Source: a bacterium UBP4_UBA6127
GTDB taxonomy: Bacteria > UBP4 > UBA4092
DNA: 64,000 bases
Reading direction: 5' to 3'
NCBI GenBank assembly: GCA_002428325.1
Contig: DIVR01000052.1
Coordinates: forward strand, 11,112-75,111
Under the pieces are notes generated by a model, which had not been told where the DNA came from, did not search any database, and saw only the letters and a program-made list of their open reading frames with translations. The position numbers were made by a program, and so were the translations under genes. This document shows, one piece after another, positions 10,495-20,983 of the stretch (position 1 is its first letter; each line of letters opens with the position of its first letter).

Positions 10495-11793
10495 ATGCTG
10501 AATAATCATAAGAAACTTACTATATTAATAATTACATTATGGATTCTCTCATTTTCATTTTCCTTGGCTACGGATGTCTATATCGGTTCAATATATTCGG
10601 TTGGGAAAAAATGGAATATCTTAATGACTCCCTTTCAGCCGATGCCCGGTTCACAAAAATCTGATGAAATGGATCACTTATGGTCCATAGTTAAAAATGA
10701 TCTTGAATTTTCGGGATATTTCAGTGTTATCACTGTTCAAAAAGTCCCCACCATGCCCAATTCTCCGAATTTTATTGATTTAGGGTTTCTACAAACATTA
10801 AATTTGGATAACTACACCCAGGGGGCCTATTCCCTTTCAGGAAACAGGCTTTATTTGGAAGCTGATTTAATGAATCCCCAAACAGGATTACGGCTTTGGG
10901 GAAAGAGATATCGGGGAAATATCGAATTAAACAGGGAAATGGCTCATCGATTCTCCGATGAAATAGTTAAAAATGTAACCAGCTACATGGGTATTGCCAA
11001 TAGTAAGATTACTTTTATTGGTAAATCAGGGACTTCAAAAGAATTATATATGATGGATTATGATGGAGCTAACATGGTTCAGCTAACACATGATAAATCC
11101 ATTACATTATCTCCTTCCTGGTCTCCAGATACCACCCATATTGCATTTCTTTCCTATAGAGATGGTTATCCGGGCATTTTTGTCATTAATGTAGCGACCC
11201 GAAAAATCAGAAAAATCGCTTCATATAAAGGGCTCAATTCATCGCCCGCATGGTCTCCAGATGGTAAATGGATAGCTGCCATGCTCAATAAAGATGGGGA
11301 TGAAGAAATTTACCTCCTGGATCCTTCTGGGCAAGGAGAACCCAAGAGAATTACTTTTAGCAGAGGGATTGATACTTCACCTGTATGGTCTCCAGACGGT
11401 AAACAACTCGCGTTTGTATCAAATCGTTCCGGAGGACCTCAAATATATATTATGGATGCCGATGGTGCGAATGTCAGAAGACTGACTTTCCAAGGCAGTT
11501 ATAACACATGTCCAAGCTGGTCCCCCCGAGGTGATATGATTGCATATGCTTCACAAAATGCAGGCGGTTTCAATATATATGCGATTTCTGTAAATGGACA
11601 AAATCCCATACAGGTTTCTTCTTCAGGTGGATCTAATGAAGAACCTTCCTGGGCGCCTGATGGGAATCATATTATCTTTAGCTGCAACCGAGGAGGCAAT
11701 TCCCAGTTATATACCATGTCATTGAATGGTAATGGACAAAAACAACTTACCCGTTTATCCATTAGTTGCAGTCAACCCAATTGGTCTAGATGA
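10495..11793 (+). CDS. tolB: Tol-Pal beta-propeller protein TolB
   Basis: Signal peptide, N-terminal domain ending AHRFSDEIV, repeated PD40 blades (SPSWSPD, SPAWSPDG, SPVWSPDG, PSWSPRG, EPSWAPDG). Confidence 0.95.
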   Translation: MLNNHKKLTILIITLWILSFSFSLATDVYIGSIYSVGKKWNILMTPFQPMPGSQKSDEMDHLWSIVKNDLEFSGYFSVITVQKVPTMPNSPNFIDLGFLQTLNLDNYTQGAYSLSGNRLYLEADLMNPQTGLRLWGKRYRGNIELNREMAHRFSDEIVKNVTSYMGIANSKITFIGKSGTSKELYMMDYDGANMVQLTHDKSITLSPSWSPDTTHIAFLSYRDGYPGIFVINVATRKIRKIASYKGLNSSPAWSPDGKWIAAMLNKDGDEEIYLLDPSGQGEPKRITFSRGIDTSPVWSPDGKQLAFVSNRSGGPQIYIMDADGANVRRLTFQGSYNTCPSWSPRGDMIAYASQNAGGFNIYAISVNGQNPIQVSSSGGSNEEPSWAPDGNHIIFSCNRGGNSQLYTMSLNGNGQKQLTRLSISCSQPNWSR

Positions 11794-11942
11794 TTCTTGT
11801 CAACCGATATGTAACATTTTAGGTATAGAAATTGTTTTATTCTTTTCATTGAAGTCATATTTTGTATTTGATAAGATTAAACAAGTAACTTTTGTTAAAA
11901 AACTAATATAACTTGTTTATTTAAAGGGGTGAAAAATTAAAA

Positions 11943-12545
11943 ATGTTTTTTGAATTCAAAAAATCTTTATCTGTTAAACGTAGCTTAATGATATTAATGC
12001 TGATAGGTTTATCCGTCATGCTCATGATATCAGGTTGCGCACGCAAGACGGGTGCCGTTAAAAGCCAGAAACTGGATGAGACTCCTTCTCAGCCAGCAAA
12101 AGTTGATGTACAGACTCCTCCGGCTCCTGTCGAACAAGTCGCACCACAGCCATCCGTTGAAGATGATAATGCAAATGCACAAGATGCCACTAAACCTCTA
12201 GCTGTAGCTTCCTCTGCAATTAGTTCTGTTTATTTTTCTTTTGATAAATATGATCTATCTGATGAAGCCAGAGAGACTTTAAAAAAGAATGCCCTATGGC
12301 TTAGGGATAACGCAACTGTTAAAGTGATTGTTGAAGGCAATTGCGATGAAAGAGGTACCGTGGAATACAATTTGGCCCTTGGTGAAAAACGTGCCAAATC
12401 AGTAAAAGACTATTACATTTCTCTAGGTATTCCCGCAGCCCGCATTCAAACTATCAGTTATGGTGAAGAACGTCCTGTTGATCCAGCTCATGATGAATCT
12501 GCCTGGGCCAAAAATCGTCGTTCTGAAACAAACATCTTGAAATAA
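11943..12545 (+). CDS. pal: Peptidoglycan-associated lipoprotein
   Basis: Lipobox ISGC, VYFSFDKYDL, EGNCDERGTVEYNLALGEKRA, SYGEERP, NRR. True start may be a downstream Met. Confidence 0.96.
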   Translation: MFFEFKKSLSVKRSLMILMLIGLSVMLMISGCARKTGAVKSQKLDETPSQPAKVDVQTPPAPVEQVAPQPSVEDDNANAQDATKPLAVASSAISSVYFSFDKYDLSDEARETLKKNALWLRDNATVKVIVEGNCDERGTVEYNLALGEKRAKSVKDYYISLGIPAARIQTISYGEERPVDPAHDESAWAKNRRSETNILK

Positions 12546-12550
12546 GCAGG

Positions 12551-12589
12551 TTGAAAGAGGATGAAATATCTGATTTCATCCTCTTTCAA
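12551..12589 (+). terminator. Perfect 17-bp stem-loop between pal and cpoB
   Basis: TTGAAAGAGGATGAAAT-ATCTG-ATTTCATCCTCTTTCAA, 5 nt after the pal stop. Confidence 0.7.
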
Positions 12590-12623
12590 TTATTAAGTTG
12601 GATTTAATCCAGGGGGTGTTTTC

Positions 12624-13499
12624 ATGATGACCATTTTTAGAACAATGAATCATATTCTATTATTCATATTATTAATTCCTTTTTCATTCATACTTACAGG
12701 ATGTGTAACCTCAGAAAAAACATTAGACCCCATCTATGCAGATATTCAGACTCTGAGACAACAAATTTCCAGTACTCAACAGGAACTCGCTCTTCTCCGG
12801 CAGGATGTTAAGAAGGATACTCAAGAGGAACTGAAATCCCTGAATGGGAAAATGGATGATTTCCAATCCTCATTTGCTGATGTAAAAGCTAATACAGAAT
12901 TAAATACCCGTGATTTGAATATCATCAATAACCGGTTAGATGAATATCAGGAGCGTATCTCTAAATTTGAAGAGAAATTAGCATCTTCTGAGAAGGATAC
13001 TAATCAGCGGCTTGAATATTCAGTAAAAAATCTGGAAAACAGGATAAGCGTATTAGAACAGAAAATGAGTAATTCTGGGAATACTTCAAATATTGAAGGA
13101 ATGAATCAATCCTCACCCATCGGTTCGGGAAATGACGCAAAATCCTTATTATCCAAAGCGGAACAAGCATATCAAAAAGGATCATTTGCTGAAGCTCTCA
13201 CCCTTACCAATAATTACATAGATACTTATCCGAATGATAATGACATACCTTCCATAAAGTTTATCCAGGGACAAGCCTTGTCGGGATTAAAAGAAAATAG
13301 TAAATCATTGGAAGTTTTTAGCGATTTCATAAAGAATTATCCTGAACATGAAAAAGTCCCGGCCGCTATGCTCAAACGAGCCCTTTTATATAAGGAACTC
13401 AAAGAAAATAATAAGCAGGTTGATGAGTTAAAGTCGTTAGTAAAGAAATATCCCTTATCGCCCGAGGCTGAACAAGCTTTAGAAGAATTAAAGCAATAA
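12624..13499 (+). CDS. cpoB: Tol-Pal coordinator CpoB/YbgF-like lipoprotein
   Basis: Lipobox LTGC, long coiled coil, C-terminal TPRs (FIKNYPEHEKVPAAMLK, LVKKYPLSPEAEQA). Directly after pal. Confidence 0.85.
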   Translation: MMTIFRTMNHILLFILLIPFSFILTGCVTSEKTLDPIYADIQTLRQQISSTQQELALLRQDVKKDTQEELKSLNGKMDDFQSSFADVKANTELNTRDLNIINNRLDEYQERISKFEEKLASSEKDTNQRLEYSVKNLENRISVLEQKMSNSGNTSNIEGMNQSSPIGSGNDAKSLLSKAEQAYQKGSFAEALTLTNNYIDTYPNDNDIPSIKFIQGQALSGLKENSKSLEVFSDFIKNYPEHEKVPAAMLKRALLYKELKENNKQVDELKSLVKKYPLSPEAEQALEELKQ

Positions 13500-13525
13500 T
13501 ATATTATTAATTAGTTTTTTTAATA

Positions 13526-13570
13526 TAAAAGGGGCAAACCTGTGGAATTTACAATGGATTGCCTCTTTTA
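13526..13570 (+). terminator. Possible terminator hairpin after cpoB
   Basis: TAAAAGGGGCAA...TTGCCTCTTTTA, one G-U pair, long (21-nt) loop. Confidence 0.4.
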
Positions 13571-13617
13571 TCAGTTATAATGAATAACGTTGGGAATATG
13601 GTCAGGTTACAATTATT

Positions 13618-15069
13618 ATGATTAAACAGAAAATCAACCAGATTCAAACACAAAAAATAATCATGACCCCCCAGCTTCAACAGGCGGTAAAGCTTCTCCA
13701 ATTAACTACCTTAGAACTACAAACACTGATTGAACAGGAACTAGAATTAAACCCTGTTTTAGAGATAACAGAGCATTCCCAGGAAGACTCCGTTGAATCC
13801 TCCAGCTTAAATATATCGGATAAGGAAATACCTAAAGAAAATGAAACCATGAACTCATCAGATTCTAAGGCTATTGATGAGTTGAATATTCAGGAATTTT
13901 ATCCTGATGATAGAAACTGGGAATCCTTTGATTCATCTGAAGATTATTCTGAATCAAGAGATGGTTATTTATCAGAGATTCATCAGCAATCAAAAGATAT
14001 TTATGAACATCTATTATCACAATCCCATTTTTTAAAGCTAAATCCTGAAGAATTGAAAATTGCGGAAAGCATTATTGGCAATTTAGATACGGCAGGATAC
14101 TTACGAATACCCCTCGAAGACTTGGCAAAACTCCATTCTACAGATATTCAATCTATAGAAAAAGTCCTTTTTCAGATCCAGACACTTGATCCTCCGGGTA
14201 TAGCAGCACGAGATTTAAGAGAGTGCCTATGCTTACAATTAAAGAGCCGCAATATTGATAATGATACGGTCGCTTTATTGTTAGATACGGAGAATTTTAA
14301 CGATTTTGTAAACCATCATTTTCAACAGATTGCACGAAGAACAAACCACCGATTAAATGAAATCGAGAAAGCTGCCCAAATAATTGCGACCTTCAACCCC
14401 AAACCGGGGCACCAGTTTAGTCAATCAATACCTCATTATGTAATTCCCGATGTCATCATCCAAATACATGATGGGGAATATGAAATCATTATGAATGATG
14501 ATCGATTGCCTCAGCTAAAAATGAGTACAACCTACCTGAATATGCTTAAAAATAAGGATAATATACCTCAACAGGATTATGATTTTGTTCTGGATAAGTT
14601 TAGGGCAGCCCGTTCATTAATTCGTAATATTGAGCGTCGCAGAAAAACTATTTTGGAGGTCACCCAGGAAATTGTTAATACCCAAAAAGACTTTTTAGAA
14701 AAGGGTGTCGATAAATTGAAACCCTTAAAATTAAAAGAAATTGCCGATAAATTAGGAATTCATGAATCGACTGTCGCCCGAGTTACCAGTAATAAATATG
14801 TCCATACTCCCCAAGGGACGTTTGAGTTGAAATACTTTTTCAGTCCCGGATTAAGTAAAGAAGATGGTTCATCAATTTCCGTAAGAACTATTCGGACAAT
14901 GATTCAAGAATTAATCTCACAAGAAAATCCTGCCCATCCCCTTTCTGATCAGACGATTGCCGATATTATCACCAATAAGAATATTAATATTGCCAGGCGC
15001 ACAGTAGCCAAATACCGTGAACAGTTAAAAATCCTTCCTGCTCATTTAAGAAAATCACATATAAAATAA
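13618..15069 (+). CDS. rpoN: RNA polymerase sigma-54 factor
   Basis: Region I MTPQLQQAVKLLQL, ELELNPVLE, HESTVARVTSNKY HTH, PLSDQ, RpoN box ARRTVAKYRE. Confidence 0.98.
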   Translation: MIKQKINQIQTQKIIMTPQLQQAVKLLQLTTLELQTLIEQELELNPVLEITEHSQEDSVESSSLNISDKEIPKENETMNSSDSKAIDELNIQEFYPDDRNWESFDSSEDYSESRDGYLSEIHQQSKDIYEHLLSQSHFLKLNPEELKIAESIIGNLDTAGYLRIPLEDLAKLHSTDIQSIEKVLFQIQTLDPPGIAARDLRECLCLQLKSRNIDNDTVALLLDTENFNDFVNHHFQQIARRTNHRLNEIEKAAQIIATFNPKPGHQFSQSIPHYVIPDVIIQIHDGEYEIIMNDDRLPQLKMSTTYLNMLKNKDNIPQQDYDFVLDKFRAARSLIRNIERRRKTILEVTQEIVNTQKDFLEKGVDKLKPLKLKEIADKLGIHESTVARVTSNKYVHTPQGTFELKYFFSPGLSKEDGSSISVRTIRTMIQELISQENPAHPLSDQTIADIITNKNINIARRTVAKYREQLKILPAHLRKSHIK

Positions 15070-15143
15070 AGTTGGTTTAATTTTCCAGTCTTTTACCGTA
15101 TTATATTTCCATTAATCAATGATTCAGTGAAAGGTTATCCAAT

Positions 15144-16220
15144 ATGCTTCTAGGAATAATAATGGCTGGCGGCCGTGGTGAACGTTTCTGGCCTAAATCA
15201 AGAAAATCCATGCCTAAACAGCTTTTAGATGTTTTTACAGGGACTCCTTTGATCCAGGAAACTGTTTTACGATTAAAAGATTTAATTCCAATAGATAATA
15301 TTTATGTCATAACCAATAAAATTATTGCTTCTAAAATAAAAGATTATGCAACTTCTCTGAATCTGGAGAATATTGTTGCCGAGCCCATGGGGAAAAATAC
15401 AGCTGCAGCCATAGGAATAATGGCTATCTACTTAAATAAAAAATACTCAAATCCAACTTTATTGATAGCGACGGCCGACCATGTTATTCCGGATCATGCC
15501 TTATTTTTAAAGCATGTTTCAGTAGCAGCCGAGATTGCTGAAAAATATAACGGACTTGTAACTTTTGGAATAAAACCTACTTATCCGGAAACCGGTTTTG
15601 GTTATATCAAATCAGGGAATGAAATCAAAACGATTAATGGAATAACCGCATATCAAATTGATCGATTTGAAGAAAAACCCGATATTGATACTGCCATCCA
15701 GTATATGGAGAATGGCAGTTTTTTCTGGAACAGTGGAATGTTTTGTTGGAAATGTGAAACTATCCTAGAGGCATTTAAGATACATATGCCGGATTTATAT
15801 CAAATGCTTATGAGGATTGAATCAGCCATTGATAAAGAGCAATGGCCAGAAATTCTTGATGAGATATATCCAGACCTTCAAAGTATTCCAATTGATAAAG
15901 GAATTATGGAAAAAGCAACCAATTCCATCGTATTGGAATCAAATTTTGGCTGGCACGATATTGGGTCTTGGGTAACTCTGGAAGCCATTCGTACTAAAGA
16001 TGGGCATAATAATGTCCAAATGGGACCTGGAATATCCATTGATTCTGAAAACAACATCATTGTTTCAGAAAAGCCATTTATCGCAACCCTTGGGGTCAAG
16101 GATATGATAATTGTCGCTTTGGAAGACACTCTTCTTGTCTGCCCAAAAAATAAGGCCCAGGAAATCAGAAAAGTCATTCAGGAAATGGAAAAAGTGCCTG
16201 ATTATACAAAATATCTTTAG
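15144..16220 (+). CDS. manC: Mannose-1-phosphate guanylyltransferase (no cupin isomerase domain)
   Basis: IMAGGRGERFWPKSR...PKQ, EPMGKNTAAA, ADH, FGIKPTYPETGFGYI, FEEKP, WNSGMF, WHDIGSW. Confidence 0.92.
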   Translation: MLLGIIMAGGRGERFWPKSRKSMPKQLLDVFTGTPLIQETVLRLKDLIPIDNIYVITNKIIASKIKDYATSLNLENIVAEPMGKNTAAAIGIMAIYLNKKYSNPTLLIATADHVIPDHALFLKHVSVAAEIAEKYNGLVTFGIKPTYPETGFGYIKSGNEIKTINGITAYQIDRFEEKPDIDTAIQYMENGSFFWNSGMFCWKCETILEAFKIHMPDLYQMLMRIESAIDKEQWPEILDEIYPDLQSIPIDKGIMEKATNSIVLESNFGWHDIGSWVTLEAIRTKDGHNNVQMGPGISIDSENNIIVSEKPFIATLGVKDMIIVALEDTLLVCPKNKAQEIRKVIQEMEKVPDYTKYL

Positions 16221-16230
16221 ATAATATTTA

Positions 16231-18369
16231 TTAAGGCTTAACTGTCAGATTGAAATGGATGATTGGGGAATGTACTTTACTAAAGGTCTCAAATAGGAGA
16301 CTTATCTGATGGTTCCCCTCCGGCAATGGGGTTTCTGCCTTATATGTAATGATCCCATTTTTCCAATCATACTCAAATAAAACTTCATTTCCATCAATCT
16401 GCATGGATATTGATGACGGGTTTATTTTATAAACAGAATCAGAGACTCCATCCTCTAACTGGATTTTGATAAGCTCAATTCCCTTTGGGATATCGCCTGA
16501 GGGCTCTAAAAGGACAGCCGAAGGCTGGGGTTGCGAATACCAGTCAATAATCCCCCTGAAATAGGCATACGATTGTCTTTTCAGATAATCCAAATTACGT
16601 AATTGCTCTTCTTCATCGAAACAGTAAAAATGAGACCCCTCTCCCAGTATTCCCGGGACTCCCCTCAACCCACGTAATTCGGCATATCCAGAATTCCAAT
16701 AAGAAAAATAATCTGACATACTTCCCTTATCCGGAATATTTAAATATCCAGATATTTTTTGAGTAACAAGATTTGATAAATCCAGGGATTGGGGATTTTC
16801 TGCAGGATTTCCATGAAAATATACACACGCATAATTGGAATAAAAGTCGAAAGAATTGTGATGGATAGAAACAAACAAATCAGATTGGGTCGCATTTGCC
16901 AAGGCCGGTCTTTCATCTAAATCCACATCGATATCGGTTGTTCTACACATATAAACAGTAACATCGGCTTTTTCCAGATACTCCTTAAGGAATAAGGCTA
17001 CTTGAAGGTTTAATTCATCTTCCCGGGTGTTAGTTGCACCCCATCGATATTCAGAAAGGTGAGCTAAGCCCCCATGCCCGGCACTGATGGTTATCTTTTT
17101 ACCTCTCAGGCAGGTTGATTCAGAAGGAATGTAATTAATATCCAAGGGAGGCAAATAACGTTTTCTATGGGCCGTATAATTTGTGAAAGTAATTGTCGCA
17201 GATGGGTTTCTCATCTGATAAAGAGGAGTTAATGATTTCTGGTAATATATTTCAGTATCAAAACCATCAAACCCATAATAGACTAAATGACCATATCCTT
17301 TTGAATCCATGGCTAGAACAGGTTGATATTGAAAGATATTATCGTTTGTCAACGCTACAGGATTGGAAAATAAACCCTGGATATTATTGGAATAATAAAT
17401 CTCATAGGGACCTTCATTTCCGCCTGTTCCACCGTTAAAAACCAGGTAAATATATCCACGGGTATCTGCTAATAAATATGTATTATCGAAATCCCCCCTA
17501 TGATCCATAATCCTTTCAGGAAGGTTCCAAGCACCTGATTGCCCTTTAATGAGGGAGATCTTTCGTTTTAAGGGGGTATCACATGCATAAGCGATATAGA
17601 CGACGCCTTTGCCATCTACAGCCAGAGAAGGTCTCCATGGATGGGATATGGATTTATTTATTATCTCCGGTTCTGACCATAATCCCTGATAATACGTTTG
17701 ATATATCAGGGTATAATTCCCCTGCTCTCCTCCCAGATATATCAAATGGAGTTTTCCCTTAGTATCAAACGTAATCGAGGGTGCCCAGCATATGGGCATT
17801 TCTTTATTGCTAATATCCTGTTTGGGGCTCCATTTCCCGTCAGAACAGTTTGAATAATAAAGCTTCCCATCATCATCATGAAAGACCATATGCAAAACAT
17901 CATGGTTATCAATTGCCGCTGCAGGTCTGGATTCAGGAGACACACCCTTCTTATCCAGGGTAATACAGGAGGATTCTGACCATTGTCCATTTTTATAAAA
18001 AGTATGGAAAATAAAAAGCTTATTCTTCCGATCCGCTAATCTGGATAAGAAAAGAACATGGATACTGCCTTGGGAATCTGCTTTGACTATTGGCTGATAA
18101 TCACTGACTAAAGGAGTCTGGGTGATATTATCCATCTTCCATTCTGATTGAAGGTTCTGGAATAAAACGATGTCATATTTTTTCCCCGGTATAATTTCAT
18201 TGCAGGCAACGACCGGGATATCGTCTTTAGTAATTGCAATGGAAGGAAACTGATCCATCACCTCATTGGAAGTAATTGCCTGGCAAGTCCCCCATCCTGA
18301 TGCGGCAAGAAGAAATGAGGGGGAAAGTAAAAATAATATAAATAGGCTCTGTACCAATATCTTTTTCAT
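16231..18369 (-). CDS. Secreted N-acetylmuramoyl-L-alanine amidase (Amidase_3) with N-terminal 7-repeat propeller and C-terminal beta domain
   Basis: Signal peptide, seven PxxxxDxxGxxHxxY repeats, amidase motifs ISAGHGG, EDELNL, FVSIHHNS, PGILGEG. Confidence 0.85.
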   Translation of the reverse strand: MKKILVQSLFILFLLSPSFLLAASGWGTCQAITSNEVMDQFPSIAITKDDIPVVACNEIIPGKKYDIVLFQNLQSEWKMDNITQTPLVSDYQPIVKADSQGSIHVLFLSRLADRKNKLFIFHTFYKNGQWSESSCITLDKKGVSPESRPAAAIDNHDVLHMVFHDDDGKLYYSNCSDGKWSPKQDISNKEMPICWAPSITFDTKGKLHLIYLGGEQGNYTLIYQTYYQGLWSEPEIINKSISHPWRPSLAVDGKGVVYIAYACDTPLKRKISLIKGQSGAWNLPERIMDHRGDFDNTYLLADTRGYIYLVFNGGTGGNEGPYEIYYSNNIQGLFSNPVALTNDNIFQYQPVLAMDSKGYGHLVYYGFDGFDTEIYYQKSLTPLYQMRNPSATITFTNYTAHRKRYLPPLDINYIPSESTCLRGKKITISAGHGGLAHLSEYRWGATNTREDELNLQVALFLKEYLEKADVTVYMCRTTDIDVDLDERPALANATQSDLFVSIHHNSFDFYSNYACVYFHGNPAENPQSLDLSNLVTQKISGYLNIPDKGSMSDYFSYWNSGYAELRGLRGVPGILGEGSHFYCFDEEEQLRNLDYLKRQSYAYFRGIIDWYSQPQPSAVLLEPSGDIPKGIELIKIQLEDGVSDSVYKINPSSISMQIDGNEVLFEYDWKNGIITYKAETPLPEGNHQISLLFETFSKVHSPIIHFNLTVKP

Positions 18370-18427
18370 TTATTATTCCTCTAAAATGAATTGCTAGACA
18401 CAAAGCATTATACGACAACTATCTGCC

Positions 18428-18464
18428 AAAAGAAAACGCCTTCGGGAATGAATCCCGGAGGCGT
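18428..18464 (-). terminator. Intrinsic terminator after sdhB
   Basis: Minus strand ACGCCTCCGGGA-TTCAT-TCCCGAAGGCGT-TTTCTTTT. Confidence 0.8.
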
Positions 18465-18491
18465 CAGGTATAAACAGTATTCTTGAATAAA

Positions 18492-19190
18492 TTACATTTT
18501 ATTAAACATAATCTCTTTTTTAACTTTACCGATAGCGCGTGTAATGTTAATGTCCCTGGGACAAGCTTCCACACAGTTGAATATCGTCCGACATCGCCAG
18601 ACACCCATCTGTTTGTCAGCAATATCTAAACGTTCATCAGTGGCCTGATCACGGGTATCAAAGATGAAACGATATGCAGCAACAAGCGCGGCAGGCCCCA
18701 GATACTGGCCATTGGCCCAGAAAGAGGGACAAGAGGTTGTACAGGATGCACAAAGAATACACTTTGTAGCTTCTTCATATTTATCCACTTCGGCCTGTGA
18801 TTGCTTTCTTTCCCGGGTACCGGGTTCATCATTGTTGATAAGGAATGGTTTTACCGAACGATATTTCGCAAAGAATGGTTCCATATCAACAATTAAATCT
18901 TTTATGACCTTCAATCCAAGAAGTGGCTCAATAAGAATAGGCTGTTTTAAATCCTTGATCAGAACTTTGCAGGCAAGCCGATTCTTTCCATTAATTCTCA
19001 TGGCATCTGAACCACAGACTCCATGAGCACAGGAACGGCGGTAGGAAAGAGTTCCATCTATTTTCCATTTGACTGCATTGAGTCCGTCCAAAGCCCGGTC
19101 CGTTGGTTCAAGTTCAACCTCATAAGTCTCATAATGAGGTTCCTTGTCCACTTCGGGATTATATCTTTTGATTTTAAATTTAACGTTCAC
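18492..19190 (-). CDS. sdhB: Succinate dehydrogenase iron-sulfur subunit
   Basis: RRSCAHGVCGSD...LAC [2Fe-2S], CILCASCTTSCP [4Fe-4S], CRTIFNCVEACP [3Fe-4S]. Confidence 0.97.
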   Translation of the reverse strand: MNVKFKIKRYNPEVDKEPHYETYEVELEPTDRALDGLNAVKWKIDGTLSYRRSCAHGVCGSDAMRINGKNRLACKVLIKDLKQPILIEPLLGLKVIKDLIVDMEPFFAKYRSVKPFLINNDEPGTRERKQSQAEVDKYEEATKCILCASCTTSCPSFWANGQYLGPAALVAAYRFIFDTRDQATDERLDIADKQMGVWRCRTIFNCVEACPRDINITRAIGKVKKEIMFNKM

Positions 19191-19216
19191 AGATATACTC
19201 CGTTCAAAAATATTTT

Positions 19217-20944
19217 TTAATATTTACGTTCTTTTGGTTGGAATCGTGAGATAACAACAGGTTTATATTTCAATTCAATTCCCTTGTCATTCTTAAATGC
19301 CAGTGTGTGTTTGAGGAAATTGATATCATCCCGTTTAGGATAATCTTCACGATAATGGGCTCCTCTGGATTCTTTTCGATTCAACGCGCTGGTAACGGTA
19401 ACTTCGGCCAGTTGAATCAGGTTTTCCATTTCAATGGCTTCCAGAAGGTCTGAATTATATTGAGTCCCCTTATCCTGAATCGAAATGTTGGCAAATCGAG
19501 TTTTAATTTCTTGCATTTTTTTCAGCATACGAGTAAGGGTCTCTTCAGTACGGAACACACCTGAATCCTCCATCATGGCTTCCTGCATGTCGGCACGAAC
19601 AGCTCCGACTGTTTCCTTGCCGGTTGCTGAAATGAATCGTGTAACCATATCACGGCTGCGTTTTTCAGCATTTTCCGGCAAGGCAGACCAATCAGTATTT
19701 TTCACATATTTGGCCATGTGGCGACCGCCACGACGTCCAAATACAAGAATATCCACCAGAGAGTTAGTTCCCAAACGATTAGCTCCATGGACAGAAACAC
19801 AAGCGCATTCACCTGCTGCATAGAATCCCGGAACAGGAGTATTTTGTTCATCCCGTACAACCCTGGAATCCACATCGGTTGGAATTCCGCCCATTTCATA
19901 ATGCGCTGTCGGTTGAATTGGAATCGGCTGGGTAGCCGGATCAACTCCCAGATAAACTCTGACAAATTCAGTAATATCGGGTAGTTTTTTATCCAGTACT
20001 TCTTTACCCAGATGGGTCAAATCAAGATAGACATAATCTTTTCCTTCGATACCTCTTCCAGCACGAACTTCAAGGTGAATGCAGCGGGAGCAGATATCTC
20101 TTGGAGAAAGGTCTTTCATTGTCGGAGAATAACGTTCCATGAAACGTTCGCCATCTTTATTACGAAGGATACCCCCTTCACCACGAGCCGCTTCACTTAA
20201 CAGAATCCCCATTTTATATATTCCTGTTGGGTGAAACTGGAAAAATTCCATATCTTCCAGGGGAATGCCCTGATTATAGGCAATCGACATCCCATCACCG
20301 GTCAACGCATGAGCATTGCTGGTGATCTTGAACATTCGTCCCGATCCCCCAGTGGCAAACATGACCGCTTTGGTATGGAATGAGTGGATTTCTCCGGTCG
20401 CCAGGCAGATAGCCACCACACCGCAGCAGACATCATTATTCATTATCAAATCAAGAACATGATATTCATCATAAAATTTAACATTCTGTTTGATACACTG
20501 TTGATACAGTGTTTGCAGAATCATGTGTCCGGTACGGTCTGCGGCAAAACAAGACCGCATGACAGGCCCTTCACCAAAATTACGAGTGTGGCCACCAAAT
20601 CGGCGCTGGTCGATTTTACCTTCCGGGGTCCGGTTAAAGGGAAGCCCTAAATGTTCCAGTTGGATAACCGTTTCAACGGCTTCCTGGCACATGATTTCAG
20701 CGGCATCCTGGTCTGTCAGGTAGTCGCCGCCTTTACAGGTATCAAACATATGCCATTCCCAGGAATCCTCTTCTTTATTTCCGAGAGCGGCGCCAATACC
20801 GCCTTGAGCCGCACCCGTATGAGAACGGGTTGGATATAGCTTGCTGATAACCGCGATTTTTGCGCCATCCATGGAAGCTTCCAGAGCTGCAAAAAGTCCT
20901 GCTCCTCCGGCTCCTACGATGACGGCATCAAATTTATGGACCAC
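19217..20944 (-). CDS. sdhA: Succinate dehydrogenase flavoprotein subunit
   Basis: GAGGAGL, covalent-FAD motif [47 protein letters not shown]. Confidence 0.98.
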   Translation of the reverse strand: MVHKFDAVIVGAGGAGLFAALEASMDGAKIAVISKLYPTRSHTGAAQGGIGAALGNKEEDSWEWHMFDTCKGGDYLTDQDAAEIMCQEAVETVIQLEHLGLPFNRTPEGKIDQRRFGGHTRNFGEGPVMRSCFAADRTGHMILQTLYQQCIKQNVKFYDEYHVLDLIMNNDVCCGVVAICLATGEIHSFHTKAVMFATGGSGRMFKITSNAHALTGDGMSIAYNQGIPLEDMEFFQFHPTGIYKMGILLSEAARGEGGILRNKDGERFMERYSPTMKDLSPRDICSRCIHLEVRAGRGIEGKDYVYLDLTHLGKEVLDKKLPDITEFVRVYLGVDPATQPIPIQPTAHYEMGGIPTDVDSRVVRDEQNTPVPGFYAAGECACVSVHGANRLGTNSLVDILVFGRRGGRHMAKYVKNTDWSALPENAEKRSRDMVTRFISATGKETVGAVRADMQEAMMEDSGVFRTEETLTRMLKKMQEIKTRFANISIQDKGTQYNSDLLEAIEMENLIQLAEVTVTSALNRKESRGAHYREDYPKRDDINFLKHTLAFKNDKGIELKYKPVVISRFQPKERKY

Positions 20945-20983
20945 AGTAATGAACTCCTTATCTAAGGTATTTATATTGTCCGG

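Noticed and set aside
10495-11793. Internal repeats in tolB (TGGTCTCCAGA recurring)
   Set aside because: These encode the ordinary PD40 propeller blades (WSPDG) of TolB.
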